The notes under the pieces: model-generated | What the model was told of the DNA's origin: nothing | Database searches by the model: none | The model's input: the letters and a program-made list of their open reading frames with translations, nothing else | Virus record (IMG/VR): IMGVR_UViG_3300025150_000005 | DNA: 20,000 nt | From: an uncultured virus (IMG/VR IMGVR_UViG_3300025150_000005) | Lineage: Duplodnaviria; Heunggongvirae; Uroviricota; Caudoviricetes | Reading direction: 5' to 3' (one strand) | In this document: positions 7,302-15,661 of the stretch, piece by piece | Position numbering within the stretch: position 1 is the stretch's first letter | Layout of the letters: every line of letters starts with the position of its first letter | Program-made: the position numbers and the translations under genes

Positions 7302-10300
7302 ACCTCCCCCCAATGTCTACCGATCTTGGAATCAATCGGGAAGCTCCACTCTCCCTCGATCCCTGCGAACTTGTACCGTCCAGGCATCTCCTGATGCAGC
7401 AGGGCCTGCATCGCCTGCGCGTTCGCCTCTGGGACCTCGTACACGAGGCTGTCGTGAACCTGGGCCACCAGCCGTGCGCCGAGCGCACGACTCGGCGCGT
7501 CCAGGCGAATCAGCGCTGCGTTCGTGATGTCTGCACCGCCACTCTGGATGGGATAGTTTGCGGCATCCGTGATGGCGAAGTCGACGCCGCTCCAGTAGCG
7601 ACGACGTCCCATAATCGGGCTCTCCAGCCACCCGTACCCGTGCTGCAGCTTGCGCTTGAAGTAGAGGTCGTAGTTCTTGTGCGCCACCTGCGTGATCTCG
7701 GGGTTGACCTCGCGCCACCCGCGCAACAGCGCCGAGACCTCGCCGAGCTGAAGCCCTGGGAAGTCCCGCAGAAGCACCGCCCAGATGGTCGCGTCTGAGC
7801 CCTCGTAGTTCGCGTTGTAGACGAAGCGCTTGGCCTGCACTCGCAGCTGCACGAGCTTGGTCCAAAGCGTCTCGGTCGCAGCCTGCGCGATCGTTGCGCA
7901 GTGTGGGCAGTAGTCCAGGTGAAACTCAGCCCAGATCGCGCCGTCGCCCTTCCCCTTGTCGAACAGGCGCACACGCTCCGAGCCCCAGGGCACCGTCGCC
8001 GGCCTGGTCAGCTGCTCCGGCGTCATCTGATCCTTCGTGATGATCCGGAACCATGCGTGACCCTCGTCGAGGGTCCCGGTGTGCGCAGCGCAGCGGGCCC
8101 TCGCCGCTTCGGCCATCTTCGCCTGGAAGTCGAGCTTGAAGAGCAGCTCGGCGTTCTTCCGGTGCACGTCCGATGACTTGAGCGCCCGGAGCAGGTTCAC
8201 GGCCCCTGTGTAGATCGCGACGATCCACAGCTCCAGCGCCGAGTAGTCCGCGCCGACGAGCACGTACCCGTCCTCCGCGATGTACATGGCGCGGAGCCAC
8301 TTCGGGATGGTCTGCAGGCCGGGGTCTTCGCAGGAGTACCGCCCCGACACTGTCCCGTACTGCTTCCAGATCGCACGCACGCGGCCATCTGCGCCGACGC
8401 GCAGGTTCTCGACGAAGGTCGATCGCGCCTTCTCGGCGCCACGCAGCCCCAACAGCCCTGCGCCATCGCTGGTTGCGTCGAACGCACTCCCGATGAAGGC
8501 ACGTCCCGCGTCGTCGAGAAAGGGAAGTTGCTGGATGAGGTCGTCCTCGGCCGTCGAATGCTGCGTCCCCTTCTCGGTCATCGGCGTCCGAATCTGGAAC
8601 AGATCCAGAGTCGCCATCATGTGACCAGGCCGCCCGGGGCGATAGAACTGGCGCAGGAACGACTCGTCGTCGGGGTAGGTCAACAACACGAGGTTGCGGA
8701 TCTTGGTCAGGAGACCCGGGCTGTCGACCACACCAGCCGCCGCCTCGGCCTTGCTCGACCCGAGCACCTCCCCGGACACCCGGACGACGTAGCCACCCTT
8801 CACACGAATCAGCACGTCAAAACGAAGCCCGAGGTCGATTACCTCCTTCGGAGGGAGCAATGCCTGCTTGAAAATCAGGGCCCGGTCGGGGTAATCTGCC
8901 ATCTCAGTGAGCAATGCTTCGATCAGCTCATCCGTACACCGACGCTCGACGTCGGCGAACTTCTCCAGGAAGGTTTCACGCTTGTCCGCGTCGAGGCGGA
9001 AGCCGATGCACGTCATCGCGACGATGATGCGCTGACCTGCCATCGACTGCTCGTAGAGCGGCATCAGCCCATCCGCTGCCAAGACCTTGCGCATGATCGC
9101 CATGAGCGGTGTGGTCTGGTGGACGTCGTAGGCGTTGTAGAGCCACAGCTGACGATCGTCCTGCACGGTCAGGCCGTGTGTGCCATCGCCAAGCCCCTTC
9201 CACGACGGACAGTCCAACGCGACCGACGCGCAGAACGCCAGGGAGTGTGGCAGCTCGCTCTCGATGAGGTGGTGCGCGAGGAGCGTATCGTCACACGGGT
9301 CGAGCACCTGGATGTCGTTGGACTCCAGGCTGCCCCGGTCGTAGGCGCCCTGGTGGGCACCCTTCCTGATCTTCGGGTGCGCGAACACACGCCTGACGAT
9401 CTGCCACGTCGCGCCGTCGAGGATCGACTCGCCCGCGATGGTGCAGACCGGGACCACGACGACGGTGTTGGGCGCCCACCCCATCGATAGCACGCGAAGC
9501 TGCGCATACACAGGGTGTAGGCCGTCGGTCTCGACGTCGTACCCCATGTCGATCTCGGGGCCGTCCGTTTCCAAGCGACGGTCAGCCTCGGCGAGCAGGC
9601 GGAGCAACGCCTCGCACACGGTGCGTGGCTGGTAGATCGGTTCGGGGTCAGTCCAGAAAAAGCCCTCCCGGTGAATCCGCACAGCCTTCGCGACCCACAG
9701 CGCGAATGCCTCCCGGTACTTCTCCATGCCACGCATGATGGCGGCCGGGTGCACGGTCGCGAGGGCCATCCGCTTCCCGTCCGCGAACGGGATGGGGAAG
9801 CCCTGCTCGGCCATGATCCCCTCGCGCCCTGTGATCGCCTTCAGGGCCACCTTGCCCAAGAGCAAGTAGAACTTGGCACGGGCCACGTCGCGAATCAGCC
9901 GCGGGCGGCAGCACTCGATTGGCGTGAGGATCGGATCGGTGTCGGGCGGCTGGGCGGGGAGCGCAAGCAGCGCGGGCTCCGGTGGGATCGCGACCTCAGC
10001 CGGCATCTTGGGCGGCGGGACCGCCTGATAGACGGTCGTCTCCCACGTGGGAATCTCGATCTCAGGTGACAGCGGCGGGTCGATGAGCGGTCGATCCTCT
10101 TTCTCAGCCCGCTCCTGGAGGCGCTTGCGCTCCCGCTCCCACACCGCGATGTCGCGAGCGTGCTCCTTCGTCGCCTTCGCGTACACCTTCTCGCGGTTGA
10201 GCCGCTCCTTCGCGACGCTCTTCTCCCAGCGCTCCCACGCCTTGGCGAACTTGTCCCTCCAGGTCGTGTCGCGCCGCGTGATGGCCTTCTCGCGCTTCGC

Positions 10301-10678
10301 CACTGCGCTCTCGAACGCACGCTGGATCTTCGCGACCGCGACCTCCCACTGGCGCAATGTGCGGGCACGGATCCGATTCTGCGCCTTGATCTCTTTGAGG
10401 AAGGCACCCAGGTCACCATCGCCGGGGGGGCGACAGAGCATCACGTTCGTCGCACGGCAGGCGTGGCGTGGGAGCCCGCTGTTTGCCAGGGCGCGGTTGA
10501 GCATCTGCCCAGAGGCGCCCACGAGAGGACGCCCCTGTTCGACCTCGTTGTAACCCGGCGCCTCGGCGACGATCACGAAGTCCGCATCGCGTGGCCCGTC
10601 CATCGGGACAGGCTGACAGCCCTTGAGAGGGCACTCGTCGCATCGCGCGCCGTGGTCGCGTGGATCGTACGTGCTCAT
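7298..10678 (-). CDS. polA: Family A DNA polymerase with N-terminal family 4-like uracil-DNA glycosylase domain and 3'-5' exonuclease
   Basis: UDG motifs: CDECPL, AEAPG, GRPLVGASG, TNVMLCRPP, HPAAIMR. Exonuclease motifs: YDVET, HQGAYD, YNAYD. Polymerase motifs: TVSGRYS, ADYSALE (A), RVQAKRFVYNANY (B), NYPIQSG, QVHDS (C). Confidence 0.95.
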   Translation of the reverse strand: MSTYDPRDHGARCDECPLKGCQPVPMDGPRDADFVIVAEAPGYNEVEQGRPLVGASGQMLNRALANSGLPRHACRATNVMLCRPPGDGDLGAFLKEIKAQNRIRARTLRQWEVAVAKIQRAFESAVAKREKAITRRDTTWRDKFAKAWERWEKSVAKERLNREKVYAKATKEHARDIAVWERERKRLQERAEKEDRPLIDPPLSPEIEIPTWETTVYQAVPPPKMPAEVAIPPEPALLALPAQPPDTDPILTPIECCRPRLIRDVARAKFYLLLGKVALKAITGREGIMAEQGFPIPFADGKRMALATVHPAAIMRGMEKYREAFALWVAKAVRIHREGFFWTDPEPIYQPRTVCEALLRLLAEADRRLETDGPEIDMGYDVETDGLHPVYAQLRVLSMGWAPNTVVVVPVCTIAGESILDGATWQIVRRVFAHPKIRKGAHQGAYDRGSLESNDIQVLDPCDDTLLAHHLIESELPHSLAFCASVALDCPSWKGLGDGTHGLTVQDDRQLWLYNAYDVHQTTPLMAIMRKVLAADGLMPLYEQSMAGQRIIVAMTCIGFRLDADKRETFLEKFADVERRCTDELIEALLTEMADYPDRALIFKQALLPPKEVIDLGLRFDVLIRVKGGYVVRVSGEVLGSSKAEAAAGVVDSPGLLTKIRNLVLLTYPDDESFLRQFYRPGRPGHMMATLDLFQIRTPMTEKGTQHSTAEDDLIQQLPFLDDAGRAFIGSAFDATSDGAGLLGLRGAEKARSTFVENLRVGADGRVRAIWKQYGTVSGRYSCEDPGLQTIPKWLRAMYIAEDGYVLVGADYSALELWIVAIYTGAVNLLRALKSSDVHRKNAELLFKLDFQAKMAEAARARCAAHTGTLDEGHAWFRIITKDQMTPEQLTRPATVPWGSERVRLFDKGKGDGAIWAEFHLDYCPHCATIAQAATETLWTKLVQLRVQAKRFVYNANYEGSDATIWAVLLRDFPGLQLGEVSALLRGWREVNPEITQVAHKNYDLYFKRKLQHGYGWLESPIMGRRRYWSGVDFAITDAANYPIQSGGADITNAALIRLDAPSRALGARLVAQVHDSLVYEVPEANAQAMQALLHQEMPGRYKFAGIEGEWSFPIDSKIGRHWGEV

Positions 10679-10926
10679 CGTAGGTGCTTCGGCTTCCAGT
10701 CCTCGACGTGCTTGATCGCAGCGCTGCGTAGCTCGTGGTAGGTGGTGAGCGCAGCACCCGCTTCGGGTCCAGACTCCCTGGCTTCACGGAAGTCCCTGTG
10801 GGCTGCGTGGATGGCGGCCTGCATGTCCCACGGGACCTTGGCCCAGCAATACCTGCACATCATGTAGTCAACGGAACACCGCCGAACACACGTGCTACAG
10901 GAGCAGGCTCGCATCTCCTTGGCCAT
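10675..10926 (-). CDS. Small Cys-rich phage protein
   Basis: CSCSTC...MMCRYCWAKVP; its stop overlaps the polymerase ATG (ATGA). Confidence 0.7.
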   Translation of the reverse strand: MAKEMRACSCSTCVRRCSVDYMMCRYCWAKVPWDMQAAIHAAHRDFREARESGPEAGAALTTYHELRSAAIKHVEDWKPKHLR

Positions 10927-10931
10927 CAGGA

Positions 10932-11189
10932 TCAGATCTCCTCGCGCTGGGCCTTGGTCTGCTCGGCGAGAGCCTTGAGTCGTTCATCCCGAACCGCGTC
11001 CTCTGCGTCGAGGGCTGCGTGCGCCCGCCGAATGCCCTCGGACCGCGTGAACCCGCACAGGGTGCAGGTCGCCTCGTTGCCGTCCCACACGACAGTGGTC
11101 ATCAGGATGCCCGGGGGTGAGTGAAGCGGACAGAACCACGCCTTCACCGGAGCCTGATCGAGCGCTGCCATCACATCGTCCTGCTTCAT
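10932..11189 (-). CDS. Small zinc-binding hypothetical protein
   Basis: ATG 11189 overlaps the HNH stop (ATGA) with GGAAGGAAG upstream; CPLH...CTLC. Confidence 0.7.
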   Translation of the reverse strand: MKQDDVMAALDQAPVKAWFCPLHSPPGILMTTVVWDGNEATCTLCGFTRSEGIRRAHAALDAEDAVRDERLKALAEQTKAQREEI

Positions 11190-11776
11190 GTGTCTTCCTT
11201 CCACGTGCGGTTTGCCAGGATGTCCCGAACCGTTGCGACGCTCACCCCATACTGGCCTGCGAGGTACTTGGGGTCGCGGTTGTAACGTGCGTGGTCGCGG
11301 AGCTGCGCGACCCGCGTCACGTCCAACTTGGTGCCCCCGTAGCGCACACGACCATTGCGATGAGCGTCGGCACGATTCTGGCTGTGTGTGCCGTAAGCCA
11401 AGTTCTGGTGCGAGCAGTTTTCTTTTTGATCGTCGAGGTGGCGTACGACCTGCCCTACGGGCTGAGGTCCGATGAAGGTCACGGCGACGATGGTGTGGAG
11501 CCGCCAGCGAACCCACTTGAACCCGTCGTAGACGTTGAGTTGCGGGTAGCCCCACTTGTCGAGCGTCGGGTAAAGCGGCCGGGGCTCTCGCAGGACACGC
11601 CCCCGAGAGCGGTACGTCCGCACCTTGCCATCAGGGTGCGCCTCGTAGTGCGGGAGCCCAGGGACGCCACGCCAAGCAAGGTGCATTAGCAGCGCGTCGA
11701 ACAAATCCACTGGCACTTCGACCCGAGGGCCAAAACTGTCAGCGCGCAGTGCCTGGAGCTTGTCGACGAGCGTCAT
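11186..11776 (-). CDS. NUMOD4-HNH endonuclease with C-terminal HTH
   Basis: WRGVPGLPHYEAHPDGKVR (NUMOD4); LHTIVAVTFIG...VRHLDDQKENCSHQNLAYGTHSQN (HNH); LAGQYGVSVATVRDILANRTW (HTH). Confidence 0.9.
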   Translation of the reverse strand: MTLVDKLQALRADSFGPRVEVPVDLFDALLMHLAWRGVPGLPHYEAHPDGKVRTYRSRGRVLREPRPLYPTLDKWGYPQLNVYDGFKWVRWRLHTIVAVTFIGPQPVGQVVRHLDDQKENCSHQNLAYGTHSQNRADAHRNGRVRYGGTKLDVTRVAQLRDHARYNRDPKYLAGQYGVSVATVRDILANRTWKEDT

Positions 11777-11889
11777 CACGTACAGGTGCCCTGAGCGTTG
11801 AGAAAAGCGGCGGAGGTGGGGAAACCCCACAAGGTGACCAGGAGGTGTGCGAGACCGAGAAATCGCCTCCCCCGAGGGGCTCCGCCATA

Positions 11890-11922
11890 GCGAGGGGGAC
11901 TGTCGTAGACAGCCCCCCTCGC
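11890..11922 (-). terminator. 15-bp GC-rich stem-loop downstream of the SSB-like gene (terminator, stability or processing element)
   Basis: Minus-strand RNA GCGAGGGGGGCUGUC-UAC-GACAGUCCCCCUCGC with one G-U pair that works only on the minus strand; no U-tract follows. Confidence 0.5.
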
Positions 11923-11944
11923 GGTGCCGAGGTCCCGTGCGGGA

Positions 11945-12565
11945 TCAGGCGTCCGCGGGGATCTCGCCGTCGCCGCTGGGCGGCGGCGTGGCGTCCTTGA
12001 GCGACTGGCCGATGCCGTTGCGCACCTTGATCTGCTCGTAGGTGTAGCAGTTCTCGATGTCACCCTTGCGGATGGTCTTCGTCTCGGGCTTGCCGTCGGC
12101 GCCCAGCTTGGGCTGCTTGGTGACCTTGTCCTTGACGACGAAGGTGTCGTCGTAGACCTTGATGTAGCCCCAGGTCTTGCGGCCCTTCCACGTGTCGGGC
12201 TCGACCGTCATCGTGCGCTTGCCGGCGCTGTCGCGGGCGCCCAGGTCGATGCCGATGCCGATGAGGAAGTCGCGCATGCGCATCTTCTGCATGTTCGGCA
12301 TGATCTTCTCGTACTCGACCTCCTTCTCGGGGGGGATCGACATGAAGAACAGCCGCGCCGTGCCAGGGCACGGGGCCCCAGCCGCGTCCGTGAGCACCTT
12401 GCAGCTGATCTGCCAGTTGGTGCAGCCGGGGTAGTTGGCGTTGTCGGTGACCTGGATGTTGGTCACTTCCATGAGGTAGTCACCGGACTTCTCCGGCGGT
12501 GCGAAAGACCCCTCGCGCCCCTTCTGGGCGTCCTCCGGGGTCCCGTAGTTCATCACGTAGGGCAT
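11945..12565 (-). CDS. Probable single-stranded DNA-binding protein (DUF669-like OB fold)
   Basis: Strong RBS GGAGAAGGA before ATG 12565; F-x-P-x(4)-GDY-x-x-x-V opening; acidic/Pro tail; near-complete GC3 bias; lies in the nuclease-AAA-polymerase module. Confidence 0.65.
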   Translation of the reverse strand: MPYVMNYGTPEDAQKGREGSFAPPEKSGDYLMEVTNIQVTDNANYPGCTNWQISCKVLTDAAGAPCPGTARLFFMSIPPEKEVEYEKIMPNMQKMRMRDFLIGIGIDLGARDSAGKRTMTVEPDTWKGRKTWGYIKVYDDTFVVKDKVTKQPKLGADGKPETKTIRKGDIENCYTYEQIKVRNGIGQSLKDATPPPSGDGEIPADA

Positions 12566-12653
12566 CGTCTTCCTTCTCCACGAAGAGCGCACGGAGGTCG
12601 TCTCCGAGCGCAGGTTGGGCGAGGGGGGCTTCGCCGCCCCTCGCGACTTGATT

Positions 12654-13688
12654 TCAGCGACGGATCGGAGTCCAGGGTGGATCGACTGGCACCCCGATCA
12701 CGCACAGGTAGGGCGGCTGGACGGCCTTCGACACGACCCCACCGGGCAAGCAAGGCGCGTCTTCCGGCGCGAGGTGCACCTGCAGCACACGATACCCCCA
12801 GCGCCCCTCAAGCGCGTCCACGAAGTACGCGGAGGCACCCTTTAGGAGCCGCCCCGCGATGTAGGAGTACGGGTGGTCGCGCCGAAGCGGTTCCCAGTCA
12901 CCCCCGTTCCGACGCGTCTGCACGATGAACCGATCCCCAATCATCCAGATCAGGTGGACCTCCGGTTCAGGGGGGCCCATGTGCATGTAGCGCGAACGCG
13001 TGTCGCCCCGATCCACATACGGGACCTCGCTGAGCTGCGCGTACCAGCACCCGACGCAGCTGGGCAGATCCACGGCGGGCCGGATATCATCGGGTACACG
13101 CGTGATCTCGTCGATGTGCTCCTCGACGTCGATGCCAACCGCATCCGGTGCGTATACGAGCGACTCGTCGATGAACTCCCGCGCGCCGCAGTGCGCTGAA
13201 GCTGCATCGAAAATGCGTTCTTCAGCAGGTAGCGCGTCGATCACATCATTGGCGCTTTTTCGGAGGAAGCGCTCCAACGATGGGCTCGCGGAGTCGAGGC
13301 GACCAGAGCCCCAGATACGGGGCAGGCAGCTCTCGACCGAGTGAGGCCTGAACTTCGAGACGCCGAGTAGCGAACGACCCTTGTCGGGTGTCAGATCGTC
13401 GACTGCGGCCTGACGATCAGCTGCACACCACTCCGCTAGGCTCGGCGCAGGTACATCAGACTGCGTACGCGCGTCTCGGCGCTGAGCCGCAGCCTTCACA
13501 TCTGCAACCAGTGCGGCGCGTTCCGCCCGGATTGCCCGCAGATCCTCTAACCGCGATGCTGGATCAACGCCGGCGCAATCCTCATAGTCCTGGGCGCTGC
13601 TGGTGCTGGACGGCGCCTGACGCAGCCCCAGTCGCACGAGGAGGCGGCCCCACCAACGCTGCAAACGACTCCACATACGTAGCCCCAT
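12654..13688 (-). CDS. Hypothetical protein
   Basis: 344-aa ORF filling the gap between the AAA ATPase and SSB-like genes; no family recognised. Confidence 0.65.
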   Translation of the reverse strand: MGLRMWSRLQRWWGRLLVRLGLRQAPSSTSSAQDYEDCAGVDPASRLEDLRAIRAERAALVADVKAAAQRRDARTQSDVPAPSLAEWCAADRQAAVDDLTPDKGRSLLGVSKFRPHSVESCLPRIWGSGRLDSASPSLERFLRKSANDVIDALPAEERIFDAASAHCGAREFIDESLVYAPDAVGIDVEEHIDEITRVPDDIRPAVDLPSCVGCWYAQLSEVPYVDRGDTRSRYMHMGPPEPEVHLIWMIGDRFIVQTRRNGGDWEPLRRDHPYSYIAGRLLKGASAYFVDALEGRWGYRVLQVHLAPEDAPCLPGGVVSKAVQPPYLCVIGVPVDPPWTPIRR

Positions 13689-13700
13689 CCGCCCCCACTC

Positions 13701-14570
13701 TCAGTCCAGGATCCCCAGCGCCTCGTTCTTCTTCTCGGCCTCGGTCTTCGCTGGGAGCGCCTTGAAGACGTCCTCGACCTCGCTCTCTGCGAGGAATCCC
13801 ATCTTCGCGAGGATCAACATGGCCTCGGGGGGCTCCGTCGGCGACAGCACCCCCACGTTGTCCTTCGCCGCCCAGTTGTCCTTGAGGGTCGTGTGTACGC
13901 GGAAGATCGCATCACGCCCTGCGACCTCGACCTTCTCGACCCGAAGCACCGCCGAGCACGCCGTCGGGATGAGCTTCGCGGCCTGATTGGGCAGGTCGGG
14001 CCCACCCTCGGTCTCCAGACCCTCGAACTCGCCTACCCGCTTGTACCGCGGCGGCGTGTGACCCGCCAGCCAGCAGACGTGCGCAGGGATCCGGTGAATC
14101 GCGTAGCGCAGCTCTGTCAGGCGCTGCTTCAAGACGTTGTAGCCGAGCTGGTCCATCGCCTCCGGGATCGTCTTCTTGCTCGCCTCGTAGCTCGCCACCC
14201 GCGCGGCGAAGACCTCGCGCATGACCTGCTCGCAAGCGGCGGTGATGGAGTCGAACACCACCGACCGGACCTTGCCGGCCTCGGCGAGCTTGGCGACCTC
14301 GGCGATGGCTTCCTGCATATCGGCCCAGGTCTCGACGCTCAGGAAGATCGCGGGCATCCGGTTCGTCTCGCCTGGAGGCTGGAACAGCCGCGGGAGGGCC
14401 TTGTAGTCGCGCCGCAAGGGCAGACCGGCGTTGTTCTCCGTCGCGATCACCGCGCGGGGACCGGGCATCGTCGCGCCGAAAGTCGACTTGCCTGCACCTG
14501 TTGGCCCGTAGACCAGGATGCGCCCGAAGGTGTCCTGCGGGAGTCCGCCCACGAATTTCTTGACTGCCAC
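13701..14570 (-). CDS. AAA ATPase, Sak4/AAA_24-like recombination protein
   Basis: ILVYGPTGAGKST (Walker A) and VVFDSIT (Walker B); sits between the nuclease and SSB-like genes. Confidence 0.85.
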   Translation of the reverse strand: MAVKKFVGGLPQDTFGRILVYGPTGAGKSTFGATMPGPRAVIATENNAGLPLRRDYKALPRLFQPPGETNRMPAIFLSVETWADMQEAIAEVAKLAEAGKVRSVVFDSITAACEQVMREVFAARVASYEASKKTIPEAMDQLGYNVLKQRLTELRYAIHRIPAHVCWLAGHTPPRYKRVGEFEGLETEGGPDLPNQAAKLIPTACSAVLRVEKVEVAGRDAIFRVHTTLKDNWAAKDNVGVLSPTEPPEAMLILAKMGFLAESEVEDVFKALPAKTEAEKKNEALGILD

Positions 14571-14571
14571 G

Positions 14572-15660
14572 TCAGTCCTCCAACGGCTGGTTCAGAAACG
14601 CATCCATTGCGGGATCAGTCCAAGAGCCACGATCGACGACCTCGACGGCCTTCTCGACAGGCAGAGGCATCGGTTCGTCCAGGTGCCACGTCGGCGTCAG
14701 CGGATCCACCTTCACCACACCATCAGCCTCAGCTTGCTTTTGCCCAGCTTCGGTGATCTGGTACAGTGGCTTCACGACATCAGCCCCGTCGTGGCAGAGG
14801 TGCCGGTACTCGCAGCGTCCGCCAACCCCGTCGCACAGCCCGTAGAGGCTCCCGAGCTTTGGCCAGTTGGCCGCACGAGCAGCGCCTGGGCGTGCCTTCG
14901 CGTGCGCCTCCAACAACGTGTCGACCTTGCGTCCAGCTGCAACCACGATCTGTGCGTACTGGCGCTGCCTGGGGACCGTGACGGCGACCCACTCGCGGTG
15001 AGCGCGAGGCTTGCCCGACTTGAAGCCGAGGTTCAGCAAGACTGCGTTCATCCGTCCGTGCTTCGCCACCCGCGCGGGATCTGAGTTCCAGGCCAGCGCA
15101 TGGCCCGACATCTGCCCCGACATCGCGTAGCGCTCCAACACGAACTTGCTCGCGCTCGACAGGAACTTGTGCTCGACCGCCGCTACCCCGTCGTCGGTCA
15201 CGATCACGAGATCGGCCTGACTCTGATACCGTGCGGTCTGCCCGCCGTAGGACACTGTGGACGACACGTCGACCTCGGGGCTCCCGAGCACACGAAAGGC
15301 GCCGCCGTGCAGCGCACGCAAGTGGTGCTCCAAGTACGCCTCGAAGCCCCGAACCGCCTCGTCGATGGCCTTCGCCTCGGCGCGCTCCAGGTACCACGCG
15401 ACCACGTCCGCGGTCGTCCGTAGCACTGGGTTCCCGTCTGTCCCGCGAAGAGGCTGATCCTTCAGCACGTCGGGCGTGTAGTGGACCTCGCACAGCGTGT
15501 GGAAGACTGATCCCGCGGCGAGCGCGCCTGCCGACTTCTTCCCGACCCGCGGTGCGCGACGCACCTCGACCATCTGATCCAAGTAGGCTCGACGCGGGCA
15601 AGCCAGCTTGGAGAGGACGCTGTAGCTCCGACGACGGAAGCGGAAGCCTGGGTGCGGCAT
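14572..15660 (-). CDS. PD-(D/E)XK exonuclease, Cas4/AddB-like with probable Fe-S cluster
   Basis: SYS...CPRR, GSVFH, ADLVI...VEHK, and C-terminal C-x6-C-x5-C. ATG 15660 follows directly after the helicase stop. Confidence 0.85.
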   Translation of the reverse strand: MPHPGFRFRRRSYSVLSKLACPRRAYLDQMVEVRRAPRVGKKSAGALAAGSVFHTLCEVHYTPDVLKDQPLRGTDGNPVLRTTADVVAWYLERAEAKAIDEAVRGFEAYLEHHLRALHGGAFRVLGSPEVDVSSTVSYGGQTARYQSQADLVIVTDDGVAAVEHKFLSSASKFVLERYAMSGQMSGHALAWNSDPARVAKHGRMNAVLLNLGFKSGKPRAHREWVAVTVPRQRQYAQIVVAAGRKVDTLLEAHAKARPGAARAANWPKLGSLYGLCDGVGGRCEYRHLCHDGADVVKPLYQITEAGQKQAEADGVVKVDPLTPTWHLDEPMPLPVEKAVEVVDRGSWTDPAMDAFLNQPLED

Positions 15661-15661
15661 G

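Noticed and set aside
7799..7843. Assignment as a DpoZ (2-aminoadenine) polymerase
   Set aside because: No purZ/datZ/mazZ-like gene in the window, and the motif deviation alone is not diagnostic.
7298..10678. Polymerase insertions as inteins
   Set aside because: No C/S start with HN-C/S/T end and no LAGLIDADG blocks in any insert.
11186..11944. Group I intron housing the HNH gene
   Set aside because: The HNH stop overlaps the next start codon, the flanking genes look complete, and I could not identify intron core elements.
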